Source: Tubiluchus corallicola
Taxonomy: Eukaryota > Animalia > Priapulida
Direction of reading: 5' to 3'
Length of the DNA stretch: 64,000 bases
NCBI GenBank assembly: GCA_030141605.1
Contig: JAQGDQ010000012.1
Coordinates: 1,320,359-1,384,358, forward strand
How positions within the stretch are numbered: position 1 is the stretch's first letter; each line of letters begins with the position of its first letter. The position numbers and the translations under genes are program-made. Positions 34,136 to 64,000 of this stretch are shown here, one piece after another. A model generated the notes under the pieces. It did no database searches. It saw only the letters and a list, made by a program, of their open reading frames with translations, and had not been told where the DNA came from.

Positions 34136-35469
34136 ATAAAAACAGCGTCTCCAGTTTTGAGAAAATACAGAATTACGAAAGTAATACCTTAATAGTATTA
34201 CCTATGTAGGCCTATGTATCGTACGTAGTATGTTATGTATTTTTGCTAATGGTGCCCCAAGCAGTTGATTAAACAATTTTAACAAATTCAAAGAAATTAC
34301 TGTGCAACAATATTTTTTCTGCTTTTGTTGTTATGTCTTTAAGTTATGCAAAGCCATTTCACACAACACATTTCACAAACTTTTTTATTGTTATACACTA
34401 CTTACGAACAGTACAATAAGCGTATCATTAAGAAAAAACTCGTTGAATGAAAGGACTGGCTCCAAATAAGGCTTCGCTTGTGAGAACAATCAATGAGTGA
34501 CAGTCAAGGCGTGGCTTCACTTAGTAGAATGCGTTAAATGGCGTTTACCAACGCCCGGGATAACAAAAAATCTAAGGCTCAGCAAACTGGATTGTCATGA
34601 AACTTTCACGCGAATATACTATAAGAATATGCTAGAATGAATTCCGTATCGACCGACAGTATCAGGTTTTTGATTTGCATCTTGAATTAAAGATAGCGGG
34701 GATAACTTCAGTTTCGAAAAAAAGCCTAACGCTATTGAATCGGCATCATCGAATGACGGAATCGGATTTTCGATCCGACCTTCTGAATTCAAGATGGCCT
34801 CGGTATATCACATTTAAATCAAAACCTTAAAAGCCTAAACTTACGAACGAATATATTAGAACAAATTTGGCATCTGTTGACCGAGTCAGCTTTTTGAACC
34901 AGTATCTTGCGTTCAGTGACCAATTCATCGAGTCATCGAACTTATGTTGTCTTATATGCAGTCGGATTATAAAGCCCACCTACGTATGTTTTTCAGTCCT
35001 TGGCGAGTTAAAGTAATGAAACGTTCGGCAAACTTCTCAGTAAGAATTTAAATATTACAAAAATTTTGCTATGTTTACAATGGTAAACTGTGAAAACACA
35101 AGATGCAATGTAACTAATTGTAAAAGGATTTAACCGGCATTGCAGAGGAGCCAAACGACTCGTCGTTGTATTCTTGTGTTCATCGTCGTCGACGTTGTCA
35201 TTGTGATCGTTGCCGCTGCTGCTGCTGCTGCTGCCGTTATTGTTGTTGTTGTTGCTGATGCTCCTGCTGTTATTGTTGTTTCACATCGTCACTGTTGCTG
35301 CTGGCGTTGTTGTTGTTTTTGTGTTGTTGTCGTCGTTGCCGTCGCCATTGTCTTGATCGTTATTGCTCCTATATTGAGCAATGCATGTTAGATTCTATTC
35401 CCACGCATTTGACTCTTAAACCACTCTCTGCCTAACCTTGCATTACTTTTGGAGTCAGATATAACCTCG

Positions 35470-35900
35470 TCATCGTAGAACATGCAATGGTCGGATAATA
35501 TATGTTTGTCAGTTTTGACTGTGATCCTTTATATTATGGTTGGTGTGCCCCAATGGTCTGTTTTAGACCCATGCTATATACAATGCAAGTCCTACCACTA
35601 AAAAGCCTCCAATGACATGGTTGGCATATCATTTCTGTGCTGATGATAAGCAGCTTTAAAACCACTAGGAGTTTCACCTGCGCATATTGGTTCTAGTCTA
35701 ACTAAGAATGAAACATTATCAATAGTACCGAATTCTTTCACTTAGGTAACATCACTCAAATAATCGGTACTTTCTGAATTTTTAAACAACGTGCGGCTTA
35801 TTCATGCTTTTGTGACTTTGCGTCTTCGTTACGCTAATTATTCGTTTGTTTATGGAACATCGCATTGTTACAATGAAAAACTTGAAAAAGTTTAAAAAAT
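35470..35900 (+). mobile_element. Highly degenerate L2/CR1-type LINE RT fragment
   Basis: Relics of GVPQGSVLGP (ggtgtgccccaatggtctgttttagaccc), YADDTQL (tgtgctgatgataagcagctt) and LIHAFVT.RL.Y.N (cttattcatgcttttgtgactttgcgtcttcgttacgctaat). Confidence 0.65.
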
Positions 35901-37256
35901 TTTCAGTTCGTCCTCTTATCCATAGATCCTTTTATGACTACAGAAACTACCGCATAAAATTCTGATTGCTGCAGTGACGTAGGTGTTTCAATTATACGGT
36001 CTATTAGTCCTAGGAAAAGCCAAAAGCTTGAGAAAGCGATCAAATATTTCTCCAGAGCTACTTCCTCAAAGACGAATTTAGTTTTCGCCGTTCCGCCAGC
36101 TTCTTACCAGTTTTTTTACCTGGCTTCTCCGAGTACTATACCGGTTTATTTCAGGAATAAGTCCCATTCTGTGTTAGCTTGTGATAACTATTATGAAAAA
36201 TAGGAACTTTTTGTAAGTAGCCTACTTTTTGTATACTCGTGTCCGTGTCTTAACACAGCGAAGCAAATCCGTTACCGATATAATTTGCGACTGATATGCT
36301 TTAGTAAAAATGCTGCATTAAACATTTTTGATCTTTTGGAAAGCAGAGCTTAAGGATGTTATTCTTAAATTGCCAATTTAGCACACTGGGCAGGTGCCTC
36401 TAATCTGAGACAAAACATTACTTGTTTACCTAGTACTCGAAGCCGCACAACCTAAAAGCTGCTAAACAAACACCGAATAGCTAGGTAACATGGCTTCAAC
36501 TTCCGTTTAACAGGAATCCAAATATGACAGTCCAGGTAATTGGATTGGGTTGTTAATGACGCAGGCTTGGGGAATTTTCATTTTATCTAGATACGTCATA
36601 ATCGATTTTATTAATAACAGGGCAGCTTATAGGGCAGCTTGTCAAGTTAAGAACTGATATTGCAAAATTAGCACTTGATTCACAAAATGGTTCTCGTGTG
36701 TCGTTATGTACAGTCACCCTATAGATTGATTAAACTAAGATCACTAGTTTCACTATGTTAACGTTTGTTCACATTTATCAAATTGAAACATCGGTGTTGA
36801 TACAAACTGACAATTAATTAAATTTTGACACTAAACTTCAAAGACAGGAAATGTGAAAAAGTTAGAATACAGTCTAACTATTTTGGGGACCACTTACTAA
36901 AGCCACCAGAAATGATCTATTATAATGTTAACAAAACGTATTAACAAATATCTATATAAAAATGTTAAATCATTAAAAATGTTTCTCTAAAAAATTCAAT
37001 ATCAATAATATCAATGTATTGAGAGGTCAATAACAGAATTCTGTATATCATTCCCTATTTAATGGGAAGCCAATGAAGATTAAGTAAATCAGTTCTAACT
37101 AATTTATTGTGAATTTTTGTAGCTCCATTAAAAAGTCGAATTGCAGAATCCGTACTAGTTGTGATTTGATAGTCAGGTAATCCAACTAGTCGTGTAAATA
37201 AAAATTGATATTATTCTCAGTATTCTGAAAAAAAAACTAGTATTCTAGATTGCAGT

Positions 37257-38935
37257 AAGCCACTGAACGCAGTCAGTTAACAGCAGCAAAATGAAATTTA
37301 CCGAACTAACGGAGTTTTTATGACGGGATTATTTCCACTGGCGCAAAAGTCTGACTAAGAGCTTATAGCTCTGGCTTGCTCTTACTTGTGGTGTGTTAGT
37401 GCAACAATATGTTTAAGACGTATATAATAGGGCTTGTGATATGGTACTCATTGTACGCTTACAAATGATGTGGTTTTGTAATCGACACTGTGGAATAAAG
37501 CGGTTATGGCAGGAAATATCTGATTTTGAGGAATTAAAAACGTGCCAAATTGAGGTTTTATTTGTGTCAGAATAAAATTAATTTAACAAAAAAGGCCAGA
37601 GACTGTTTAGAAGAGAAAATAGTAGACTATGAGCGCTAGTGTCCAGTAGACGTATAAAGAAGTATAATATAGTAAGGTATATAATATAGTTCTGATAATA
37701 ATCTACTCAGTTAAGAATAAACCAATAAGTAACAGAGATCAGTTAATAATATACTACATGCAATCTTGATAACTTTTAAGCCACTGAACGCAATCAGCAG
37801 CTGCCAAAAAACAAGATGAGACACTGAACCGGCAGAGTTCAGTATGGCAGATTAATTGCTTTATGATGCAGGCGGCTGCTTATTTATATACGGGTGGCCG
37901 ATAACTGCTTGTGGTGCGTTAAGAAATGTTGGCGATCGTGACTTTGCTTGTGGTGCATTACCAATTAATGGCTTGCGAATAGATGTTTTTTTACTACAAG
38001 TTTGCTATTTATCCATACAAAAACAAAAAGTAAAACATGAGCAGTCTACAGGGAAATTTTATGAAAACAGGAAATTAATAAATTGCTTATTTTCTCAATT
38101 ATTTGTCTCTGATCCAAAGTGGGATTCAATTTTGAATGGCAAGATGATTCAAAACAATTTTAAGCCCTAAAGTTAAGGATCCAAACAACTTCCAAATAAT
38201 AGTTAATACTATTTAACTATTAATAACTTGGCGTACATTTACAATTTTGCAGATTTAGAATATTTTTTCCAGAACTTTTTTTTACCAACTTTTGATTACT
38301 CTTAATAGAGCTCATCGTGATGCTACTAGTATTTGTCATTATTAGAGAATGATTGATAATTTGAATTTAGTGTTGAACTTTTGTATTTGCATTTTGTTTG
38401 TGTGTCAGTCTAACTAAAAAAATAATTGCCAGTAATGCAATGCACTTATTCGTGATTACGTTTATCTTAACCTTGTGCAGAATTCTGGTTTTCGTTACTG
38501 TATGTGCACTTCTGCCGTAATAGTCAGGCTCGTACTATTTTAAAGTGGGACTATTTTTATTTGGTAATCTCACTCGTTACATTGAGTTTACTTGTTTTTT
38601 ATAACTAAGTTCTGTATCGAAATTGTGTAACTGTGCCTAGTTGTTTATGTTTATATTCATTCCTTTTGCTGTAATAAAAACAACAAAATTCTTTTCGGGG
38701 AACTAATGGAATCCTTAATCTTTGTCTCCTGAAATAGCGCTTTATAATATATTTAATTGTCTAATGTGTAAGGTGCTTATTTGTGGATAAAAATGTGGAA
38801 ATAACATTCAGCTATGTCCTAATCTAATAAACAAGAAAGAAATCAATAATTTTGATTATTTTGGGCTACTGAACGCAATCAGAAGCCGCAAAAAATGGAA
38901 ACACTGAACCGACAGAGTGTTTGTGGCAGGATAAA
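37257..38935 (+). repeat. Three diverged dispersed copies of a ~70-150-bp element start
   Basis: gccactgaacgca(a/g)tcag..aaa.....ga.acactgaacc.gcagag at about 37259, 37780 and 38866; copies 2 and 3 also share gtgacttt(t)gcttgtggtg. Confidence 0.6.
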
Positions 38936-41664
38936 ACCACTCGGCACTAAAACAGCCGTCGATGTCTCCTTTATGTGAAGAAATAGTGACTTTTGCTTGT
39001 GGTGTGTTACTATGTAACGCTACGCAAGTCGGAAACTGTTTGAGGTGTGCTAGCAAAAATGTAATATGCGTTTGGCGGCGCATCGTGATACTGGAATCAA
39101 CAAGTTCATATAATAACTATTATTATTGTTATACATTGTAACAATACTTACTAACTAATACAAGTTACTGAGTTGCAGTTTTCTTTACGCCAAGTCTGTA
39201 ATTGATTCATTATTGCCGTGAAAGGTGTGTACAATGCTCTATTTCCATTTTTGTACTTTGATTAAAGACTGTGAATTATAATTTGAATTTTTCATAAAAG
39301 TGCCTACAACAAACTTATAGCAGCGTAACTGTTGCTTAACTATGCGTTAAGCACTTACCGGATGCAGGTTAGGCTTATAATATTCACAGTAGCCTATCAG
39401 TGTGCAACAATTTTGCTCTTAACAGTTTGCAGGTACAAATTGATTTACTTAAATTTTGCCTTTATCTTTGAAGGCCATGTTGAGATATACTTTTAGCTCT
39501 GTGAAACTATACGTTAGATATCAAAATAATTTAGCATATTAAATAAATGATTTTGTACTTTTTAGTTAACTAGGTCGATTTTGGTCTAAGTGGCTTTAGT
39601 TTTTTTTACATTCCGTTTAGTTGTTACAATAATTTCCAGAAGAAATGGTTGCCTTTAATTTTACATCTTTGTATTTGCAGTTTATTTAACAACAGATCCA
39701 GATAAAATATAATAGAAGCGACTACAACTACATTCTATAAGGCATACAACTCACTATGATACTAAAATCAGCGCAAATTCATAAAAACAAATATTCATAA
39801 ATACACATTTAATTTTTCACGCACGATATAAAAACACGATTTATTTAAAATGGCAGTATATACACAAACTTTTGGTCTATACACGATCATATCGCTGATA
39901 CGCAAAACTTTAGGCTTGCTGAGAGTTTCAATGTTGGTAATTCCTGCGTCTGTCAAAGACTCTAAGGTATACGTTAATACAGCTTAGGCTAAATGCTACA
40001 AATCAAACATTTCATTTTTAGCGTGGCACGTATCAGTTGCCATTTGAAGTTAGTAACAGGCTAAAATTTTTTTGTTAACTTTCTGCAGAATAAAACTGTC
40101 CGGAATAATTATTAAACATTAAAATTATGAGGTTTACACTATTCGTAACGGTACGTGTGTACATGTCTTATTTTACTTGTCGATGTAAAATAAATATCTG
40201 TAGCAAAGTAAAGATTGGTACTGTAAGTAATGAACTGGTAGCACTAAAGTTATTTCTTTCGTAAACTGGAAAAATGTAGTGCTCTCATTACTTATCATGC
40301 CGTATTTATTAAGATATTAACATAATTTCCACCTCAGTGTGTACGACAAAGAAAGGAAAGGTACGGCAAAACATGAAACTTATTTACACAAAATAAATCT
40401 TTTATCACAGTCTCGACCACTCATTTATCTTTGGTAGACGCACATTAAATGCTTATTTTTCGTTATCGGGTCGTACAGTTTTCTATAGGTGGTGCTACAG
40501 ATTATGAAATTGTCTTTCATCGTTTTTTATTTTTAGCTGTGATCACATATTATGTCACAGTTGTTAATAGCTGACAAATTACATACGCATTTTACAAGGT
40601 ACCAATACTACAACAGAAAAGCAACAGGCCTATCACGCAAAACTAGTTAGTTCGACATTCTCCAAATCGGGACCTAGTTCTCGAGGACAATCTTGTAAGA
40701 TAAGACATTGAACTGGCAGAGTGTCTTAACCAAGTACAGTTGCGTATGTACAATTGTCTCTCAACGCGGTAAATAGCAGATGCAGCCTTGAACAATTTTC
40801 CCAGCGGCCATCCTCAGTTTGACTGTTTATGTACTTAGTCCAGTAAAATGCAACTTGTATTGTTCTAATCTTTACGCGTCACAGGGCACATGAGAGCAAT
40901 TTATCACATAAATGTCGCACTGTCAGATGAACCCGACCAAAGTATTATATAATAACAGACATACTTGTGCAACACTAAAACAATAGCCCTTCGAAACCAT
41001 AATGTTAGGCTTAAAATTAAAACATCATGGATCAAAATCAACTTGCGCAAAAAATGAAAGGCATTTTCATAGCAAATCACTCATCACTCTAGTATCTATT
41101 ATATTAACTATTTACATACACTAAAAAAACTAAAATCTATTCCTAAATCAACATCTACTGTCTCTGAAAAAAAGACGCTTAGTGGCGGTACATAAAAACC
41201 ACAATGTTTCAATATTTACTGACAAGAATAAGAAAATTTACAAAATAAAATTGTGTTACAACAATCATTGCGTGTCAGTAGGCCTACAACATTTCATTTA
41301 TTTATGCTTGCCGTTTTGATCACGTTTTACAAATTGTTATTGTATAAGGCCTTGTGAATTGTATAAAATAGCCCCTGGCTAGTGGGTACATTAGGTCATA
41401 ATACGAGGCAGGTATTTATTAATCATTTCTCTCACTAGGTGGGGCTACATTTATTTACTGCCAGTTAATAACTGGTCAATTTGACATGTATTCAAACCAT
41501 GCTTAACACGTCTACCAGATCATAACAGATCACAATTTAAGTGTGACTGTTATTTACTGAAAACTTGGGCGTGTTCATTTTAAGAGCAAATGTGAATTTG
41601 ATAGGTTTAAAAGCCTATTGAACTTAGCCACAATTTGATAATGAAGTAAGTTAAGGCTATCACT

Positions 41665-58010
<16,346 letters not shown>

Positions 58011-59150
58011 TGCACACTATTCCAGACCTCGAGCACTACTAACTGAAGGTTTGTAGGTAAGGTATCGCTTTCACGTAACAAAGTGTGTCAAGCCGGTGAC
58101 CGCGATTTTCGCTTTTTTTGGTAACCCAGTTTTCTAATTGTTATCTGTTTGCTTGTCATGCGGCTCGCTATTGGCCCGTGAGGTTAAATGGTTCAGGTAT
58201 ACAAGCGGCGGTATATGCTTCAGTGTTTATAGCATTCCTGCTCTATGGCGTGGAAGCTGCTTTCTTAGATGTCTTGGTATAACTTGTATTTTACCAGTCG
58301 CTTAGAAAAGGTCCTTTGAAGATAATAATTAAATCATGTGATTTCAACTCAATTTCATGGTTTTCGTCACAATTTTTCTTCCTCCATTATGTGAAATGTT
58401 TTAATATAAGTCTGCTCACGAAAAATTCGAGCTAAAATTTGATCGAAAATGTTAACTGGGTATTTTCGAAGTACCTTTAATCAAAGTTTTAGCTACTTTT
58501 TCCTATACTATTTTCTTTGTAGCATTTCTTTTATACATTTCTCAAAAGACATTAAACATTTAATGCTTCAGTTCTGATCTAACTATAGCATTGACCAGTC
58601 CTGTTATGATCATTAGTTACAGAAATAAACATATAGCATCTTATTTTTATACAGCACATGTATATAAAATAATCATTTTTATAATCATTCTAGAATAAGC
58701 GTGTGCATTTTGCATTTTTATAGATCATTATTGTCACATTTTTTACTGCGATTGCCTTCAGCTAGCTATTGTCAACTCCGTACGAATAATATAATCTTGT
58801 TATTTTAAGATGCGGTACAATAGTAGGTTTGTAAATAACAATCGTTGAACATGATAGTTGCGAATGATTATGTAGTGAATGTATATAGTAGTATTTTATT
58901 GTAGTGTGATGTAATGTTTTTGTGTTTTTTTGCATGACTTTTATACTGAAATAAACAAATCTAATCTAATCTAATCTGAAAGTCTAATCTAATCGACATG
59001 TTATATCTGAATCTTTGTGGCAGTACTTTTCTGCTTATGTCAGGCGATCTGCAATTCTAGAAAAAATTCCTGTTTGGCCTATTAATGTTCCTTTAAAGCA
59101 GGTCTATAAATGAAAAGAAAAAGCTTCACATAAAGTCAGTCGAACGGTTA

Positions 59151-59347
59151 AGTAGCATTTACGTAGGATGCGGATGCGTTTGCGTTTTCCACTGCGAACA
59201 AGCTGCGGAAAAAATCAATGGAAATAGCTACAGAAAAAATAACGCAATAAACGGGTGCATTGAAACAATACAAACCGATTTTATCTATTTCGCACCCCCC
59301 CCCCCCCCCCCAACGCATCCGCATCCACATGCTACGTAAACGCCACG
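59151..59347. mobile_element. ~197-bp MITE (Harbinger-like, TTA TSD)
   Basis: Left end gtagcatttacgtag-gatgcggatgcgtt; right end (rc) gtggcgtttacgtag-catgtg-gatgcggatgcgtt; tta at 59148-59150 and 59348-59350; internal poly-C run. Confidence 0.75.
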
Positions 59348-61767
59348 TTAGGACGTTCGCTCACCGGATGAGCACGGACAACATTTACCTATTTATGGTT
59401 CTTTTCGGTTCGTTGGTTCGATGTAATTATTGATAGTAAGACAACAGATTTACTATTTCAGCCCCTTCATCAAAATTTCAAATGACCTATCTACTTGTTT
59501 GACAGCGACAGCACTACAAAGGACAGAATACGGAACGAAAAATGCCCATGCTGACACGAATGTTCACAGAGGAGAAAGATACAATCTACCAAAATTTCAC
59601 TGCCAAGTTAACCCTTCAATGTCAATCATTATAGTGTATATGCTATTGATCCTTGCTTAAACATTTTTAATTTTGACATTTCAAAATCTTTGTGTTCCAT
59701 TAGTTGTAACCCGTTAATTTCTTGCACTTCACTGTATAGTATATTTGTTTTGTTCCAACTACAGTATTTTTGTTAGTTTAACAGGTTTTATTAATGCCAT
59801 AATTGCAATTACTATGGGCTTATTATAAAGTTACTTTTTATGTTCAAATTACTGCTTAAAACATTTTCAGGCTAAACCTATCGGTCATTATAACAACTTC
59901 CACCATATTAGTGTTTTATATTAATAAAGGAAATATCTAAAAAAAAATTTAAGCGATTTAATTAAGTTATTAGAGCATGTCGCATTACAGCAGATCATTT
60001 TCTCTAATCGGCATGTCGGTTTATACGAACGCTGATCATCAATTAAATAATTTTGACTGCATAAGAGGAGTTGGTAATTGAGAAGTGACAGCATGAATGT
60101 GTAGAATATTTTACCTTAAAGACAAGCAAAATTATTGCATAAGTTTAATATTTATCACGAGCAATATCTTAATATCGACGCAAGCAGTAATTATTAGTTA
60201 ATTATGTTTTACATAAGGAGGCGCATAAAATCTGCGCTTTGCTACTTTAAAGAATTGCTCTACTCAGATGAACAATTTCGAAACAAAGGGCTGTTCAAAT
60301 CTCTTATTCACGTATTTAGTAGCCAAACCTGCCCCACCCTAAATTCGTTTGAGCGAACTTTAAGGGCATTTGGCAACCAATCACATCATAAAATGAACAA
60401 GCGAAGCTGTAAAATGAAGAAATTCATATTCTATACAATATTGCTTCGTTTCCAGTTGCAGTTTCCAATAATTATTAACGTTAATAGCTGGTGACAATGT
60501 ACAATGAAATGCGGTTGCGCCAGCATAATTACTATATTCAGTCGGAGATTACCTGAAAGTTTAAACACAAATACCGGCTGCTTTTATTGACTGACACAAA
60601 TGAACAAAATGGGTTTCTGAAATGAGGCGAATAACCGGCCTTGAATATGGTTGAATCTATAATTTCTAAACAATAGCTCTTACCGCACGTTCGACAGACA
60701 ACTCGTGAAAGCATTATTAACCCTTTAGATGACAAAAATGATTTGGTGGAGCCCATTTTTCTTTACATTGACGCGGAGCACGAAGATAGGGTGTTTGAGA
60801 TTCGGAAATCACATTAAAGGAAGCACAAATTGCTGCACAATGCTGTCGGTTTTCAAAGACTGAAGAAGAAGGTTTTGTCATGTACTACTACAACGTCAAT
60901 TTAACACAATCTGTTTGCGTTTTTTTATTTTATACAAAAAATTATACCGGATCCACTATTTTTAATGGTTTCTGTACCAGATTTTCTCACACTTCCTCGA
61001 TTTCTTTTGGCGTTTTTGCTAGATGCAAATTTACAATTTACATTATAACAAAGTTCACTGTAAAATTGTTACAAACTTGTCAATCGTATTTGATCGCTTG
61101 TTAGTTTATTAGTTTTTATTTCTTTATGTATTTTACTGAAGGTGCGATATTGAATGTATAAACACAGTGGCAACTACACTATCATAGAGAGGACAGAGGG
61201 TCGTATTATCTAGTATTTGTAGTTTGTATTATCTAGTATTTTTATTTCCAAAAATTTGAAATGCCTATATGTATTATTTTGCTGACTGGATATTGGGTAA
61301 CACTTTCACTTGACCATGAAAAGTAGGCCTAAAGTCATTGGCAAATTTAACCACGAAATGTTTAACCTAAATACGCAGCTTCTGTAAAACGTATGACGCT
61401 CTCAGTGAACACCTTGAATCTTGAACTTAACCGTATAATTATGGCAGTTTCCATGAAAGTTGTTACAAACATCAGGAATTCTCGCAATACCGCTTATTAC
61501 TTTTAAACCATCAAAGAGTCAACAGCGTTTTATTTTTTAGAAAGTAAAATTGATCGCCTTTAGCATTGTAAATTTGTTGATAGACAGAGCGTCAATCTGT
61601 TTTTTAACTGAAAATTTTACAGTGACGATTTTTTCCATACAGAGCTCAGTAAACTTAAGCACTCGCTTTCTCTAGTCCCAATCTACCATTTTCAAATAAC
61701 ACGAATTACTTACACGACTGGCCTCTTTTGTCCTTTTTACATGTTTGGGTACTTTTAATCATCGTTT

Positions 61768-61882
<115 letters not shown>

Positions 61883-63021
61883 ATTCATTTCGAATTCTTC
61901 GAAATTATTATCATTATTAAATTCATGTTAAGAGAGGGTTCAGTTTTAAACTCACGTAAGGGTGTGGGCTGTTCCTAAGAGGATTCACTGAGCTAACTCA
62001 GCTTGGTTGAATCAGTAAACTACGCAGCCCCGGATTTACGCATTGCGTAGAACGCGGGGTTTCAGCTGCAGCTAAAACGACTCCAATTTTTCTTCTCTTC
62101 TACTAAAATGCCACGTTAAATTTCTTTCTTCTTTCAGTTATTTATATTTCACAAATAAACCAGAGAGACAGCTGTGAAATTTCTTAAATTTATAAATGTT
62201 TGGGTTTATAAACAATGCGTTTGGCAATAAAATGAATGCATAAATTATTAATATATATATAATTTTAGGAAGTTACTAAAACTCATTTGTTAAGTATATG
62301 TCATTAAAGCTATTCTAAGCATTAGTAATTAATGCTGTAATTAGTGATATTGCATTATGAACAATTTCGAATTCACATAATTAGCAACTACACCTATACA
62401 ACTACACAGCAGCAGATAATATAGCAGCAAAAACAAGTAGCAGAAGTAAAAGAAAATCAGAAGCTGCAAAGGTTTAAACCAAGAAGACAATTTTGGTGTT
62501 TAAAAAATTTTTGGTTCAGTAACCAAGCTTGGAAATGCTGACCGAATTACAATATGCTACTATTTTAGTCAAGATGTCTGTTAGCAGGCCATGGTCACGT
62601 TATGAAATTGCATCACGAAATGGTTGTGTTTACTCTAGCGTACAACAGCAACAACAATCATATAGCTCTTTTGTGATTTCATCGTAATTGTAGCAATTAT
62701 TCTGACCTAGCTAAGCAGTGATATCAAGATTAAACTTTCACTTGTCAAATTGAGCTATTCAAACTTATTTATTAACTGAATTAGGTTGCTTTTAACAGGT
62801 TTGGTTTACTGGATTATTTTAATACAGCTCGGCACGCTTTTAGGCCGTGATCTAGCGCTCAACTGCAGGGCATACTGATGTAAAGGGACTGAAATCTAGC
62901 TCATTTTATCAAGGATGAGACAGTGAACCAGCAGTGGTGTCTTGGCTACGTTTATAGATGCGTTTTGTCAGAGTCAACGACGACAGCAGTATGGCAAATA
63001 AAATCGCAGTTTTCTTCATAG

Positions 63022-63072
63022 TAGTCACCCGTCCATGTCTGACCAGGCTCAGTGTTCCTTAATTTCAGTCGC
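63022..63072 (-). mobile_element. 5S rRNA-derived fragment (SINE3-like or 5S pseudogene)
   Basis: Minus strand actgaaattaaggaacactgagcctggtcagacatggacgggtgac resembles the 5S internal control region GAAGCTAAGCAGGGTCGGGCCTGGTTAGTACTTGGATGGGAGACC; flanks do not match 5S. Confidence 0.5.
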
Positions 63073-64000
63073 TAATTGCACACCGTGACTACTGGTATAT
63101 TTGCCCCTGGAGAAGAACATTGATTAAGTTCTATATGGTAAACATTAGCATTTTCAAATTTTTTTAATTTCAGTGATTTTTAACCTTCTCGCATGAGTTT
63201 CCCAGCTATTGGCTGGCTATTTCCACACAACTTTCATCCTCTTCCAACATTTAGTCTTTATTGAAATTCGACAAATTGGTTACAAAGTTAACATGTACAA
63301 ATTGAAAAAAAATAGTAGTTGCCTCTCTGTCGGGAAACTGCCCTCTAATATTCGGCTTAGATGTCTGGCACTGGTTCTGATGATTTGTGTTTATGAAAAA
63401 GAGCAATCAGTTTATCTGCTGATTAGACATTAGTTGTGACTGTCATGTTGTTTAGTTCAGTTTAGTTTAGCATAGCTTAGGCAGTTGTTGTCTTGCGTGA
63501 GCTGTTGTCCCGAATGCTGCTGAGCGTGCTTTCGTTGCAGCGGGGCGGAGCGATAGACCAATATGTTTGAGGTCAATTGGTAATGTTGTATATTGGGCTT
63601 TAAATCATTTTTCCCATGCTGCCCTACGTCACCTCAAGCAGAAACACATAGTCAAATGTTTTATGTAAATTTTACCTATAACAGCATTGCAACAAATGGA
63701 TTTACGAAACATGCAGCATTAACTAACAAAAATTAGTACTTTTAGACAAATATCAGTAATATTAGTAATAATAGTAATATCAGAATTTTTACCAACACAC
63801 GTCTAACAACGAATTTTACCTCATACCTAACGTTTTAATTTCAAATATGTCGAGCTCTTCGGCTGACGCATAACATGTATAGCACTGCCTGTGAGATTTA
63901 AGCTTAGAACTAGTTGGTGAATACCATTAGACACGTCATTTGTAATCATTCATGACAAAGTGTTAGAACTAAATTTAGTTTAGTTTACACTTTATTTATT

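Noticed and set aside
35140-35391. Hydrophobic 83-aa ORF (poly-V/A)
   Set aside because: Degenerate (GTT/GCT)n microsatellite.

Overview
AT-rich, intron-containing animal genomic DNA, probably an invertebrate (possibly lophotrochozoan; taxon not determinable from sequence alone). It is not prokaryotic, so most entries in the ORF track are microsatellite artefacts or single exons. By hand-splicing GT-AG exons with consistent phases I reconstruct four genes, all on the minus strand: a WFDC1/ps20-like WAP protein (7650->3411, 5 exons), a stand-alone GT64 glycosyltransferase of EXTL2 type (30868->11662, 6 exons, 330 aa), a PERCC1-like gene with one coding exon (33137->32130, 335 aa), and a SAMD7/SAMD11/Samuel-like SAM-domain gene (58010->41665, 7 exons, about 616 aa). 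Introns and spacers hold many TE relics: an internally deleted BEL/Pao LTR element, a Harbinger-type MITE with a nested hAT element (both with TSDs), CR1/L2-type LINE fragments, Helentron/HINE-like repeats, and tRNA- and 5S-derived SINE-like pieces, plus long microsatellites. No CRISPR array, intact tRNA or intact rRNA is supported. I see no clearly new multi-gene system. The best leads are the PERCC1 homologue with its uORF-bearing leader and tight linkage to EXTL2, a divergent EXTL2 active site, WFDC1 micro-exons and a furin site, and an unexplained antisense exon-like ORF inside EXTL2. Family assignments rest on recalled motifs, not database searches.
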